In this document: positions 36,471-46,958 of the stretch, in pieces
Numbering within the stretch: position 1 is the first letter of the stretch
Layout: every line of letters begins with the position of its first letter
Assembly: GCA_041576165.1 (NCBI GenBank)
Contig: JBFGLM010000024.1
Location: 1-64,000, forward strand
Source: Acidimicrobiia bacterium
Lineage (GTDB): Bacteria > Actinomycetota > Acidimicrobiia > Spongiisociales > Spongiisociaceae
Direction of reading: 5' to 3'
DNA: 64,000 nt
Notes under the pieces: model-generated
Database searches by the model: none
The model's input: the letters and a program-made list of their open reading frames with translations, nothing else
Told to the model about the DNA's origin: nothing
Position numbers and translations under genes: made by a program

Positions 36471-37691
36471 GTGGCGACGGACGAGGGGCTCCGGCGGGAG
36501 CTCACTTTGACCGGGCTGGTCCTGTACGGCCTCGGAACCACGATCGGTGCGGGGATATATGCACTCACCGGCGAGATCGCCGGCGTTGCGGGCCGGCATG
36601 CGCCCCTTTCGTTCATGGTGGCAGCGCTGCTGGCGGCCGCCACCGGGCTCGGTTTCGCCGAGCTGACCGGCCGCTTGCCGAAGGCGGCGGGTGAAGCTGT
36701 GTTCGTTCGCCATGCGTTTGGCCTGCCCGTCGCGTCGAAGGCAGTAGGCGCAGCTGTGGTAGCCGCCGGTCTCGTAGCCGGGGCCGCGATCACCAATGCA
36801 TTTGCCGGCTATCTCAGCGAGATAACCCGGATACCCAAGGCGCTCGCCGTGTTCTTGCTGGTTGGAACACTCGGGGCGTTCGCGCTGATCGGCGTCAAGC
36901 TCTCCGTCGCGATCGCAGGCACGTTCACTGTGATCGAGGTCATCGGGCTCGGCATAGTGCTCTGGTTCGGAGCCCCCCGCATAGACGACCTTGCCGGGCT
37001 GGTGCGCGATGCGATGGTGCCGGCTCTCGAGGCTGACGCCATCTTCGGTGTCCTCTCCGGCGCTTTTCTGGCCTTTTTCGCATTTCTCGGCTTCGAAGAC
37101 ATCGACTCGGTGGCGGAGGAGACCATCGACGCCCGCCGCACCCTGCCCCGGGCGATTCTCTGGACGCTGGGCATAACTGCGGTTCTGTATGTGACCGTGG
37201 CATTCGTGGCCGTGGGTACGTTGTCGCCGGCCCGGCTGGCCGCGGCCGACGCTCCGCTCGCTGCCCTCGCCCGTGCCAGCGGCGGGCCAGGAGACCTCTT
37301 GGCGGTGGTCGGGACGCTGGCGATGGTGAACGGGGCACTGGTGCAGCTGGTCATGGTTCCGAGGATCCTCTATGGAATGGCGAATCTCGGGGACGCCCCT
37401 GCTTTGTTCGCCCGCATCAATGAGAGGACGGCCACTCCGGTGGTCGGGACCCTGACCGCCATGGCCGCAGTTACAGCTCTCGCGCTCCTTTTCGATCTCG
37501 GTCCGCTCGCTCGCGTGACTTCGGCCCTCACGATCGGCGTGTTCGCTTCGGTGAATGCCGCCCTCATCCGGATCAAACGGCGGGAAGGCCGGCCCGACAG
37601 CTACGAAGTGCCCGGCTGGGTGCCGGCCGGGGGCCTGCTGATCTCGTTGGGCCTGTTCGGGGCCGAGCTCGTACGCCTGTTCGGAGGCTGA
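36471..37691 (+). CDS. APC-family amino acid permease
   Basis: LRRELTL...YGLGTTIGAGIY, FAEL..R.PKAAGE, FFAFLGFED, AEET. Confidence 0.88.
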   Translation: MATDEGLRRELTLTGLVLYGLGTTIGAGIYALTGEIAGVAGRHAPLSFMVAALLAAATGLGFAELTGRLPKAAGEAVFVRHAFGLPVASKAVGAAVVAAGLVAGAAITNAFAGYLSEITRIPKALAVFLLVGTLGAFALIGVKLSVAIAGTFTVIEVIGLGIVLWFGAPRIDDLAGLVRDAMVPALEADAIFGVLSGAFLAFFAFLGFEDIDSVAEETIDARRTLPRAILWTLGITAVLYVTVAFVAVGTLSPARLAAADAPLAALARASGGPGDLLAVVGTLAMVNGALVQLVMVPRILYGMANLGDAPALFARINERTATPVVGTLTAMAAVTALALLFDLGPLARVTSALTIGVFASVNAALIRIKRREGRPDSYEVPGWVPAGGLLISLGLFGAELVRLFGG

Positions 37692-37697
37692 GCGAAG

Positions 37698-38306
37698 TCA
37701 GTTGCAGGGTTTGTCTGCCACCAGGATGATGTCGTGTGCTGGGCGGGTCGCATGGCCGGTCGGCAGGTATCGCAAGATCTTCTCGTTGCGACGGACGACG
37801 AGCTCCTCGAAGTCTGACGCAAGCATCGATTCATCGAAGAGCACTTCTGGCATCGGGGGACCACCTACTCCGTGTTCGAGGTTGTCCCGGTGGTGGGCCA
37901 CCAGAAACAACGTTCCGCCCGGGGCCAGCGCATCAACAGCTTTGCGGTGTACGGCGCGCCGGGTTCGGCCCGGGAGCTGCAGGTAGCTGAGCAAGACCAG
38001 GTCATACTCGGGATCGGGCATCCAGCTCCGGGCCACGTCCACCGCGTGGAAATCGATCTCGACCCCGGCACGGGCGGCCAGTTCTCGCGCCTGACCGATC
38101 GCGACGTCCGACAGATCCAGCCCGGTCACCCGGTGACCTTGCATGGCCAGCCAGACCGCGTTTCGCCCTTGACCGCAACCAAGATCCAGAACCCGACGAG
38201 GTGACCAGCCTGCCAGCTCGGCCTGGAGGAATTGGTTCGGCTCTGCCCCGTACAGTTCCGAGTCGTCCCGGTAACGGGCATTCCACAGTTCGCGGGCTTC
38301 AGTCAT
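37698..38306 (-). CDS. Class I SAM-dependent methyltransferase
   Basis: WNARY, EPNQFL, VLDLGCGQGRNAVWLA, GLDLS, LAPGG. Confidence 0.88.
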   Translation of the reverse strand: MTEARELWNARYRDDSELYGAEPNQFLQAELAGWSPRRVLDLGCGQGRNAVWLAMQGHRVTGLDLSDVAIGQARELAARAGVEIDFHAVDVARSWMPDPEYDLVLLSYLQLPGRTRRAVHRKAVDALAPGGTLFLVAHHRDNLEHGVGGPPMPEVLFDESMLASDFEELVVRRNEKILRYLPTGHATRPAHDIILVADKPCN

Positions 38307-38492
38307 GCGCTATCACCGCGATGTTATCCCGGCGGCCAGCGCTCGCCGGCCGGCTCAGTGAGCGCCGCCGGACCTGGTCACGGACGGCGGCCCGTCGAGC
38401 GGCGCCGTCGGAGAGTGTCGCGTAGATGTGTCCGTTGTGGACAGGCGACGCGAAACGATGCCGGCAATCCGGGCAATAAGTCGCGCCGGCGA

Positions 38493-40685
38493 TCAGTAGA
38501 TGAGTCGTTCCAGCACGCGCTGGGAGAACGGGCGCTGACCCTGGTCAGGAGCGTGCACCACCAGCACCGGCGCACCGACCACCTCGGAGATGCGCTCACT
38601 CAGGTCGGTGCCGATACCGGCCCGCGACGCACCCATGATCACCAGATCCGACCCTCGCGCCCTGGTCCGGATCGCACTGATGAGGTCGTCTGAGCGCTCG
38701 ATCTCGCACGCCATCTCGTTCCGCACGAGCTCCGCCAGCTGAGCGTGGTAGTCGCGAATGACCTGCTGCTGGATCTCGGTTGCATCCGACTCGAGTACGT
38801 GCATCAACCGGATCTTGGAGCCTTCTGCGTACGCCACCCGGGTGGCGGTATCGATCTTGGCGACGTCAAACGGGCTGGCCGCCCCGAGCACCGTGATGGT
38901 GTTGAGCGACGTAAGCGGCTCGTTCCCCAGATACATGACATCCGAATGGGCGTGCTCTCGAATCCAGGTGAGGTCGAAGCCATGCCGGTGACGCTCGGCA
39001 CGCTCACCCAGCTCGCCGAGGATCAGGTCCACCGCGTGCCGGTCCGCATAGTCGACGAGCGCCTGCTGAGCGTCTGGCCCCCGCGGCCGGACCACCGCGA
39101 TGTCGAGCCCGAGGTCTTCGGCGACGTCCTTGGCGCCGATGCGGAAGGGGTCGTCGGGACGCGGGAGCCGGTCCCGCCTCCACCACAGCGCACCCTGCCG
39201 TTCGCGGTCGACCCGGGCAAGCGTGACCCTTCCGTCCTCGGCCATCACCGCGCGAGCCAGCCTGAGCAGATCACGCAAGCGGGCAGTGCTGATCGAGTCA
39301 TGCACCGGGATCAGCACGTGATCCCGTCCCGGCGACGCGAGCTCCTCGGTGGTGGTCGCCACCAGCCTCCCGATCGAACGCAGCCGCAGCGCGTCGAGCG
39401 CCGCACTCTCCCGGCTTGCGCGCGAGCGCCCGAACCAGCGATACCAGGCGACGCCACCGACCACGATCAGGAGCGAACCGACGATGGACACGGTCCCGAG
39501 CTGGGTGAGCAAGCCCAGTGAAGCCACGATCCCGAAGATCTGGATCCACGGGTAGAAGGGCGAGCGGAAGTCGGGTCGGTACCACGCCGGGCTCGATTCC
39601 CGGAAGGCGATCAGGCTGAGGTTGATGAGTGAGAAGACCGTCACCTGGAACGCGGACGCCAGCTTGGCGAGCTCGATGAGCGGCACGAATGCGATCAGCG
39701 CCACCATGACCGAACCGGTGAGCGCGATGCTGGTGATCGGCGTACCGGTCCGGGCACTGACGTGGCTGAGCGCTCGGGGCGCGAGACGCTCGCGAGCCAT
39801 GGCCAACGGATATCGTGAGGACGACAGCAGACCGGCGTTCGCCATCGACACCAACGCCAGGACGGCTGTGGCAGATATCAGGCCCACCCCGAAGCGCCCG
39901 AGGAATTGCTCGGCGGTCGTCGCCACCGGCGCCGGGTCATCGCCCAGTGCAGCCAGCGGTCCGGTCCCCACGATCACCGCCACGATTGACGGATATACGA
40001 TCAGCATCAGGCCCAGCGAGGTGAGCATGCCGCGCGGTATCGTCTTGCCGGGATCCTTGACCTCCTCGGCCACCGACGAGATCTTGGTGACCCCCGCATA
40101 CGACACGAAAACGAGCCCGGTCGCCGCCATGAGGCCCTTGAACCCCGCCGGCATGAAAGGTTCGAAGGCTCCCGGATCCAGGTTGGTGGTACCTGACAAG
40201 ACGAAAAAGGTCAGCACCCCGAGCACCGCGCTCACCACAACCGTTTGGAAACTCCCCGATTGCTTCACGCCGGCCATGTTGAGCCCGATGAGGAGCAAGG
40301 CCAGCACAACACCAACTGGCCTGATCGGAATATCCACAAAGAACACGAGATATCCGCCAAGACCCACCAGGGCGAACGCCGACTTGAACACCAGGGCAAA
40401 CCAGACACCGAACCCGGCCACAGTGCCCATGACCGGACCCATGGCCCGGTCGATGAACAGGTACGAGCCCCCAGCCTTGGGCATGGCGGTCGACATCTCG
40501 GATTTGCTCAGAGCCGCCGGAACGACCACCAGACCAGCCAGGAAATAGGCCAGGACCGCGGCAGGACCCGCGATGTCTATGGCCAGGCCCGGCAGAACAA
40601 AAATCCCGCTGCCGATCATCGCACCGAGGCTGACGGTGAAGACGGCCGACAGCCCCAGGTTGCGTTGCAGTTCCGCCGTAGCCAT
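38493..40685 (-). CDS. APC-family amino acid permease with C-terminal USP-like domains
   Basis: GAMIGSGIFVLPG, SKSEM.TAMP.AGG, VAEEVKDP; soluble tail with HVLIPV, DLILG, DLVIMGA, APVLVV. Confidence 0.85.
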   Translation of the reverse strand: MATAELQRNLGLSAVFTVSLGAMIGSGIFVLPGLAIDIAGPAAVLAYFLAGLVVVPAALSKSEMSTAMPKAGGSYLFIDRAMGPVMGTVAGFGVWFALVFKSAFALVGLGGYLVFFVDIPIRPVGVVLALLLIGLNMAGVKQSGSFQTVVVSAVLGVLTFFVLSGTTNLDPGAFEPFMPAGFKGLMAATGLVFVSYAGVTKISSVAEEVKDPGKTIPRGMLTSLGLMLIVYPSIVAVIVGTGPLAALGDDPAPVATTAEQFLGRFGVGLISATAVLALVSMANAGLLSSSRYPLAMARERLAPRALSHVSARTGTPITSIALTGSVMVALIAFVPLIELAKLASAFQVTVFSLINLSLIAFRESSPAWYRPDFRSPFYPWIQIFGIVASLGLLTQLGTVSIVGSLLIVVGGVAWYRWFGRSRASRESAALDALRLRSIGRLVATTTEELASPGRDHVLIPVHDSISTARLRDLLRLARAVMAEDGRVTLARVDRERQGALWWRRDRLPRPDDPFRIGAKDVAEDLGLDIAVVRPRGPDAQQALVDYADRHAVDLILGELGERAERHRHGFDLTWIREHAHSDVMYLGNEPLTSLNTITVLGAASPFDVAKIDTATRVAYAEGSKIRLMHVLESDATEIQQQVIRDYHAQLAELVRNEMACEIERSDDLISAIRTRARGSDLVIMGASRAGIGTDLSERISEVVGAPVLVVHAPDQGQRPFSQRVLERLIY

Positions 40686-41035
40686 GGTTGATCCTTGTCA
40701 ACAAGGGGGTTGGCCATACCCTATCCCGGGTGGTGCGCTGTCGCACGGAGGCGGCGCCTAGCGGCGCCGCCGCGGCCACAGCCAAACCCAGCGAAGCGGC
40801 AGGCTAGCGGACACCCTTGGCGACGGGCTCTCGCCGCGACGGGCAAAGGGGGTGCGCGCGGGGAATCGGGCTCCGCCGTCCTCCTCGCAGGCAGCGACCT
40901 GAGCGGTGCGAATCTGCAACAAACGGCGCGGCCGCCACGGTGCTCATACGAACGCCACCGGAGGTGGTGCATGCGGCCCGATCCTGATCGGACCGCCCCG
41001 CCACGCGCCGCCGGCCCGCCGGCGGCGAAACCGGC

Positions 41036-41506
41036 TCATCCCGCCAGCGCTGCCAGGATCAGCGCCACCGCCGTGAAGGTGGGAGCGATCGCGCGGATGT
41101 GGTTCGCTCGGGTCCACTCCGTCGCATAACGTTGCCAGATCGCCGGCGCGTCCGGATCGTCCGGCTCGACAACGGCCAGGCGATTGTTGCGGGGGACGTG
41201 GTACGCCGCGGTCAGCACAAACACTCCGAACACATAGACCACAGCTCCGGCCAGAGCCCACCAGGCCCCGGCTCGGTCGAGATCGACCAGCGCCATCACA
41301 GCAACGACCACACTCAACACGGTGCCGCCGAAGAACAGCGACATGAACGGCGGCTGCACTGCGGTGATGTTGACAGCTTGCATCGCCTGCATTCCCTGCA
41401 CCGGGGGCAGGGCCCGGATGCCCTTCATGGCAAAGGTCGAGAAGGCAAAGAAGATGCCGGCCACGAGACCGCTCACAACCGCGGTGATGATGAGAATCGG
41501 GGTCAT
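41036..41506 (-). CDS. DUF1772 / anthrone oxygenase-family membrane protein
   Basis: GL.AGIFFAFS.F.M, AMQA.N, HVP.N..L, W...NHIR; SD AAGGAG. Confidence 0.85.
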   Translation of the reverse strand: MTPILIITAVVSGLVAGIFFAFSTFAMKGIRALPPVQGMQAMQAVNITAVQPPFMSLFFGGTVLSVVVAVMALVDLDRAGAWWALAGAVVYVFGVFVLTAAYHVPRNNRLAVVEPDDPDAPAIWQRYATEWTRANHIRAIAPTFTAVALILAALAG

Positions 41507-41511
41507 GGCGA

Positions 41512-42039
41512 TCAGCTCCTTTCGAGGTCGGCCAGGTCGACGTGTCCACCGGCGTTGAGCGGGTCCCGGATCAAGCTCCACAGCGACATCCCAAGACCAT
41601 AAGTGAACATACGGGCGCGAGGGGTGATGCGGAGAAAGCATGTGTCGGGCAAGTCGAGCTCACCGTGCCCGGTGATCGATTTCAGGTGTCCCTCCTCCAG
41701 CAGCGCCACCACTTCGGGGTCGTCGACATCGAGCACCTCGACTGTGGCCTGAAACTGGATTGACGACGGCGGGCCAACCGGCAGCCGCCGGACCGGAATC
41801 GTGACGGCAACATCCGGGTTGGCTGCGGCGTTGCGGGCCTTGCGGCTCGTACGCTTGGTGTTCACGAACAGGGTGGTGCCGATTGCCTCGTAGAGCACTC
41901 CGGCGACGTGAGGACGCCCCCTGTCCGACGCGGTCGCCAGCGTTGCGAACGAACGTTTGGCGATTGCCTGGCGGACCCGATCCGGATCCGGGGTGACGGC
42001 CGTTGCGGCCGCCGGCTGGGTGTGGGTAGTAGTAACCAT
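41512..42039 (-). CDS. Pyridoxamine 5'-phosphate oxidase-like (split-barrel) protein
   Basis: FATLATAS..GRPH, SRKARN..ANPDVA; TACGGT-N6-ATG. Confidence 0.8.
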   Translation of the reverse strand: MVTTTHTQPAAATAVTPDPDRVRQAIAKRSFATLATASDRGRPHVAGVLYEAIGTTLFVNTKRTSRKARNAAANPDVAVTIPVRRLPVGPPSSIQFQATVEVLDVDDPEVVALLEEGHLKSITGHGELDLPDTCFLRITPRARMFTYGLGMSLWSLIRDPLNAGGHVDLADLERS

Positions 42040-42364
42040 GCCAGCACCGTACGCTCAGTCGCTGAGACCTTCCATGGCTCAAACGCTCGGATTCATACGC
42101 GAGCGTCTCCCAGCCGCGTATTGCGGCACTCCGTTTCCAGAACGGGGCCCACCGGGACCTCACGATGGGGGCGACATCCGCGGTGGCGCGCCTGGCCCAC
42201 CAGACCGGCGCAAGCGCTAGGCGCATCCGCTTCTGCCCACCCAGCGTCACGCGCTGGTTACTGACTCTCCCAGCGCTCTTGAGCAGACACCTGATTGGTC
42301 ACATTCAGCCGCAATGGTGAGATTCCGCCCCAGGGATGATGGTCCGTCCGCATGGATAACCGGC

Positions 42365-42381
42365 GTTGACAACCGGTCAAC
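42365..42381. promoter_or_regulatory. Palindromic operator-like site
   Basis: GTTGAC-AACCG-GTCAAC in a ~600-bp region with no credible ORF. Confidence 0.4.
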
Positions 42382-42624
42382 CGTTTGGAGCACGACGGCT
42401 CGCCCGGGGAATGCACACTCCACGGGCCCGCGGAGCACGCTCGCTCGCAGCACAGAATAAGCCGCGCACCGCGGACGATGCGACGGGCGCGCCGCGGAGG
42501 TTGGCTTCACCCTCAGATCGCTCTCACAATCCAAGCTCGAGTTGCTGCAGTCCGGGCTCACATCCATCGGTCAGGCAGCCGGCGATTTCTGACAATACCT
42601 TTGCGGTTCGCAGCCCAGACGCGG

Positions 42625-42655
42625 CTGGGGCCGGGTGAACGTCACCCGGTCCCAG
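42625..42655 (-). terminator. Hairpin downstream of the TRAP operon
   Basis: CTGGGGCCGGGTGA-acg-TCACCCGGTCCCAG, about 20 nt after the dctP stop. Confidence 0.55.
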
Positions 42656-42672
42656 ATCTACGAGCAACGGCG

Positions 42673-43911
42673 TCAGAGGGCGAAAGCGCGGAGCATCGAT
42701 GTCTCCGCAAGGGCATGCCACGCCTGCACCGAGTCGCGGAACTCACGCCACGGCTGCAGGATGTCGGCAAACTGTCCATCGGAGGCGGCCACCCCGTCGA
42801 GCACGGACTCGTTCTCGGTCTTGAACGCGGTGAGGAGTTCGTCGGAGAATTGCCTGATCTCGGCGACCTGCTCGACCTCTGGCAGAGATTGTGAATTGAG
42901 CAGGTCATAGTTGGCCATCGTGCCCAGATTGGCGGCCTTGGCGGCGTTTTCCACCGCTGCTTGATACTCCTCCGGAAGCTCATTCCACAAGTTGAGCGGC
43001 ATGACCACTTCCAGCGAGGAACCCGGTTCCCACCATCCAGGGTGGTAGTAGAACAACTGGCTGCCCAGCTGCGTCATGCCGAGAATCACGTCGTCATACG
43101 GTCCGACCCATTCGGCCGCATCGATTGCACCGGTCTCGATTGCCTGGCTGATCTCTCCACCAGGCGTGAACACCTGTTCGGCGCCGAGGTTGTTGATGGT
43201 GTTCCCGGCGAGGCCCGGGATACGCATCTTCAGGCCCTGGAGATCGGCGACCGTGTTGATCTCCTTAGTGAACCAGCCGCCCATTTGGACGCCGGTGTTA
43301 CCCGCCGGGAACTGGATGAGCCCAAATTCACTGGCATAGAAGTCGCGTAACATCTCCAAGCCCCCGCCTGCGTACAGCCAGGCGTTCTGCTGCCGGGAGG
43401 TGAGACCAAACGGCACTGCCGTTCCGAACTGGGTGGAGGGGCTGATGCCAACGTAGTAGTAGGACGCGGTATGGCCCGCTTCGGCGCCTCCGTCGCGCAC
43501 GGCCGGCAACACCTCGCCGCCCGGCACGAGCTCGCCAGAGACCCGCGGTGTAATCGTGAATTTGCCGCCGGTCAACTTGCCCACTTCGTCGGCAAAGATC
43601 TGCGCTCCGGCCCCGATGGTCCCGATCAGCGAACCGGGCCAACTGGTCGGCATTTGCCAGTTGATCTCGGGCAGATCTGACTGTGACAGAATGACTTCTG
43701 TGAGCTCGGTGGTTTCCGCTGCGTCGTCGGTAACGGCCGTAGCACCAGTACCGGGCTCACTCTCGTCGTCGCTCCGAGTACATGCGGCGAGAAGCGATCC
43801 GGCTGCTGCAAATCCGGCTACGCCGATGCCAGACCTGATGAACTGGCGCCGGTTGACGCCTCTGGGTCCGTCTGCGATCGAGTGCTCTTCAGGTAATAGG
43901 TTCTCGAGCAT
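42673..43911 (-). CDS. dctP: TRAP transporter substrate-binding protein (TakP-like), Tat lipoprotein
   Basis: RRQFI Tat motif + LLAAC; W.M.TSWP, HTASYYY, GNTGVQMGGWF.KEI, LKMRIPG, AEWVGPYDD. Confidence 0.9.
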   Translation of the reverse strand: MLENLLPEEHSIADGPRGVNRRQFIRSGIGVAGFAAAGSLLAACTRSDDESEPGTGATAVTDDAAETTELTEVILSQSDLPEINWQMPTSWPGSLIGTIGAGAQIFADEVGKLTGGKFTITPRVSGELVPGGEVLPAVRDGGAEAGHTASYYYVGISPSTQFGTAVPFGLTSRQQNAWLYAGGGLEMLRDFYASEFGLIQFPAGNTGVQMGGWFTKEINTVADLQGLKMRIPGLAGNTINNLGAEQVFTPGGEISQAIETGAIDAAEWVGPYDDVILGMTQLGSQLFYYHPGWWEPGSSLEVVMPLNLWNELPEEYQAAVENAAKAANLGTMANYDLLNSQSLPEVEQVAEIRQFSDELLTAFKTENESVLDGVAASDGQFADILQPWREFRDSVQAWHALAETSMLRAFAL

Positions 43912-43987
43912 GTCCGATCCTCCTTGGGCGGATGATCAGTTCTAGCATCTTCATCCGTCCGATGCCGCGATTCGTAGCGAGGCCGTG

Positions 43988-45394
43988 TCATCCCCCTGGG
44001 ACGAACAGGTTGAACGATGCTGCAACCACTCCGGGGAAGACGGCCAGTATCACTAGCGCTACTCCTTGCAGCGCCATGAATGGCAGTGCGCCTTTGTGGA
44101 TATCTGCGGTTCTCACCTCGGAGGGCGCCACGCTCTGCAGATAGAACAGAGAGAATCCGACGGGCGGTGAGATGAATGCCATGTTCAGGTTCACCGCCAT
44201 CAGCACCGTGAACCAGATCTTTTCCTGGTCGGTGAAGCCGAGGGCCTCCATCGCTGGAAGAAAGATAGGTACGACGATGAAGGTGATCTCCAAGAACTCG
44301 AGATTGATGCCCAACAAGAAGACCGCAACCATTGCCACCAACACGAAGCCGGTCTTGCCACCGCCGATACCCGACAAGAAGTCGGCGGTGGCATCGGAGC
44401 CGCCGAGCTGCAAGAACATGAGCGAAAAGAACGACGAGGCGAACAGCAGCGTCATGACAAGGATGCTGATGTTGGCGGTTGACCGGGCCGCCTCAATCAG
44501 AGCCCTCGGAGTGAGTCGCCATCGCGGGATGATGTGGTTCGCGCCGGCCCGCACGAGAACCTTGTCGAACCAGTAGGAGAGCACCGCCAGGAGGAGAGCG
44601 CCAAAGACGCCCACCGCGCCCGACTCAGATGGTGTTGCTATGCCCTGGAAGATCGAAAATAGAACACCAACGATCAACAGGACGATCGGGACTACGGAAA
44701 AAAGCACCTCGAGCGCCAACACCTTCCCCGTCAGAGTGCGTTCCGTCGCCGGCATGGCGGGGCCCAGGCCGGGGCGGGCATAGGAAATGCCCACTGCATA
44801 CGCGGCATAGAGTGCGCTGAGGAGGAGCCCTGGGAGCAACGCACCGGCAAACAGTCCCAGAATCCCCACCCCCATCTGCTGGGCCAGCAGAATCAATACG
44901 AGGCTGGGAGGCAGTAACTGGGCCAGCGTCCCCGAGGCGATGATCACTCCGGTCGCCAGTTTGTGGTCGTACCCGAGCCGAATCATGGCGGGCAACGAGA
45001 GCAAGCCCATCACGATGACGGTCGCGGCGACAACACCAGTCGCAGCCGCGAGGAGCGTGCCCACCACCACAACGGCAGCCGCCACTCCGCCTTTGAGGGG
45101 TCCGAGGAGCATTCCGATGGCTGAGAGCAAGCGCTCGGCCAGACCGGACCGCTCGAGGATCGCTCCCATCAGCACGAAGAACGGCACCGCCAGCAGGGTG
45201 GAGTCCGACGTGGCGCCAAACCACCGGCTAGGCAGGACTGATAGGGCGCTGGGATCAAACGTCCCGGTGAGATCGCCAATAAAGGAGAACAAGAGCGCAC
45301 TGGAGGCGAACGAGAAAGCCACGTTGTAGCCAATGAGGATCAGCACCAGGAATACGGCGAACATGGCCAAAGAAAGGGCGACGCCGAGATCCAT
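43988..45394 (-). CDS. dctM: TRAP transporter large permease
   Basis: LLAVPFFVLMG.ILERSG, GTLAQL.PPS, ATPSESGAVG, SPPVGFSLFYL. Confidence 0.92.
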   Translation of the reverse strand: MDLGVALSLAMFAVFLVLILIGYNVAFSFASSALLFSFIGDLTGTFDPSALSVLPSRWFGATSDSTLLAVPFFVLMGAILERSGLAERLLSAIGMLLGPLKGGVAAAVVVVGTLLAAATGVVAATVIVMGLLSLPAMIRLGYDHKLATGVIIASGTLAQLLPPSLVLILLAQQMGVGILGLFAGALLPGLLLSALYAAYAVGISYARPGLGPAMPATERTLTGKVLALEVLFSVVPIVLLIVGVLFSIFQGIATPSESGAVGVFGALLLAVLSYWFDKVLVRAGANHIIPRWRLTPRALIEAARSTANISILVMTLLFASSFFSLMFLQLGGSDATADFLSGIGGGKTGFVLVAMVAVFLLGINLEFLEITFIVVPIFLPAMEALGFTDQEKIWFTVLMAVNLNMAFISPPVGFSLFYLQSVAPSEVRTADIHKGALPFMALQGVALVILAVFPGVVAASFNLFVPGG

Positions 45395-46111
45395 CTACTC
45401 TACCCGCAGCGGCGCTTCGAGGACATCGATTCCGGCGAGGTCCTCGCGACCCTTCAGTACCAGTATTTGCTTGATAATCTCGGCCACGATCTGGACGGCC
45501 ATCAGGAGGAATCCGATCAGGATCAGAAGTTTGATCGGTCCTCGAGGCAGGCCACCAGCGTCGGTCGACTGCTCCCAGATCTCCCACAACTTCCACGTGC
45601 GCCACGACCCGTCAAAGGACCGACCCATCGCAGACAGCGACCAACCCCACACCGTCCGCATCGCCATGACAAGGAACGGCAAGAACAGCAGCGCATGGAA
45701 GATCAGGTCGAAGACTGCTTTTCGTTTGTTTGAGAAATCGGCCCACCAGAAGTCGATCCGGGGATTGACTCCCTCGCGCACGCCGTAGTTGAGACCCAGA
45801 AGAAACAGTGCACCAAAGATCATCCATTGCAGATCGAAGACCTGACCGACAATGATGTCACGCTCGATGAATCTCGCTACATAGCGAGTGACCACATTGA
45901 ACAGGCCGAGTAGGAATACCACCCACACCAGAACCAAGGACAGACGCCCGGTGACGGTGGCGATCTTCTCGAGCTTGACCCATGCGACGAACAGGACACC
46001 GACCATGCCACCGGGACGCTCCATCGCCTCGAGTGCGGCCCGCCGCTCGTGACGTGTGAGCAGCTCCTCGGCGACTTCGGTGACGTCGCGGCTCTCTGCC
46101 AGGTCACTCAT
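45395..46111 (-). CDS. dctQ: TRAP transporter small permease
   Basis: NVVTRY, LQW.IFGALFLLG, RID, GGLPRGPIK; abuts dctM. Confidence 0.88.
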   Translation of the reverse strand: MSDLAESRDVTEVAEELLTRHERRAALEAMERPGGMVGVLFVAWVKLEKIATVTGRLSLVLVWVVFLLGLFNVVTRYVARFIERDIIVGQVFDLQWMIFGALFLLGLNYGVREGVNPRIDFWWADFSNKRKAVFDLIFHALLFLPFLVMAMRTVWGWSLSAMGRSFDGSWRTWKLWEIWEQSTDAGGLPRGPIKLLILIGFLLMAVQIVAEIIKQILVLKGREDLAGIDVLEAPLRVE

Positions 46112-46265
46112 GACGATCCTGTTGCGTTCTGCTCGGCGCTCGCCACGTAGCCAATCCCAGGAGTGCTCGTTTCGTGCCTCTGACCGGTGGCCGGCACGGT
46201 ACCACCCGCCGGCATCGCAGGGCGACTGGATACCACTCACGCACCAAGTGGGTACGGTGGCTGCC

Positions 46266-46958
46266 ATGTTCCGGGTTCGAGTGGTCATGTGGGGCTTCGC
46301 CGGCATGTTCGCCCTCTTTGCGGTGCTCTCCGCAGCCAGAGCACCGGGTGGAGCGACGCCTGCCGATCGTGCCGTCCGTATCGACTCGCCTGGATGCGGA
46401 CTCGCCAGCGATACGTTCGGATCCGGCATCATCATCGGTGAGAAACGCGTCCTAACCGTGGCACATACGGTGGCTCGGGCGAGCGACCCATCAGTGACCG
46501 ACTCGTCCGGCGCCGTCCATTCGGCACAGCTTGTCGCCATCGATCTCGCCAACGATCTTGCGTTGCTCGAGGTCGACGACTTGGGATTCGTGCGACCTAC
46601 GTTCGGCATCGCAGACGACACGACTACCGGTCTCATCCATCGAGCACCCAACTCCGGCACCGCCGGGTACAAGGTGATTCGGAGAGTCAACGTGATGATA
46701 GAAGAGGTGCTCGGAACTCAGTCTCACCAACGGCCGGGCTACGAAGTTGCAGCGACCACTGAGCGAGGAGATAGCGGTGCAGGCGTCTACGACCAGGATC
46801 ATCGCCTCGTCGGGATCGTGTTCGCGGTCAGTGCTGAGCGTGCCACTACATGGGTCACGGCGAGTTCGGTGATTGAGCAATTCCTGGCCGCCTCGGCCGG
46901 CAAGGAGGCTGACCTTCGATGTGATCCCACTCGATCCCAGATATCCGAAGAGGCCTAA
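46266..46958 (+). CDS. Secreted trypsin-like (S1) serine protease
   Basis: Signal peptide; GSG, LTVAH (His), DLALL (Asp), GDSGAG (Ser); TACGGT-N7-ATG. Confidence 0.85.
   Translation: MFRVRVVMWGFAGMFALFAVLSAARAPGGATPADRAVRIDSPGCGLASDTFGSGIIIGEKRVLTVAHTVARASDPSVTDSSGAVHSAQLVAIDLANDLALLEVDDLGFVRPTFGIADDTTTGLIHRAPNSGTAGYKVIRRVNVMIEEVLGTQSHQRPGYEVAATTERGDSGAGVYDQDHRLVGIVFAVSAERATTWVTASSVIEQFLAASAGKEADLRCDPTRSQISEEA

Noticed and set aside
40686-41035. c-di-AMP (ydaO) riboswitch upstream of the APC-USP permease
   Set aside because: Conserved GCTGAATC, GGGGA and CCCGTCAGCTAAC elements are absent on the sense strand
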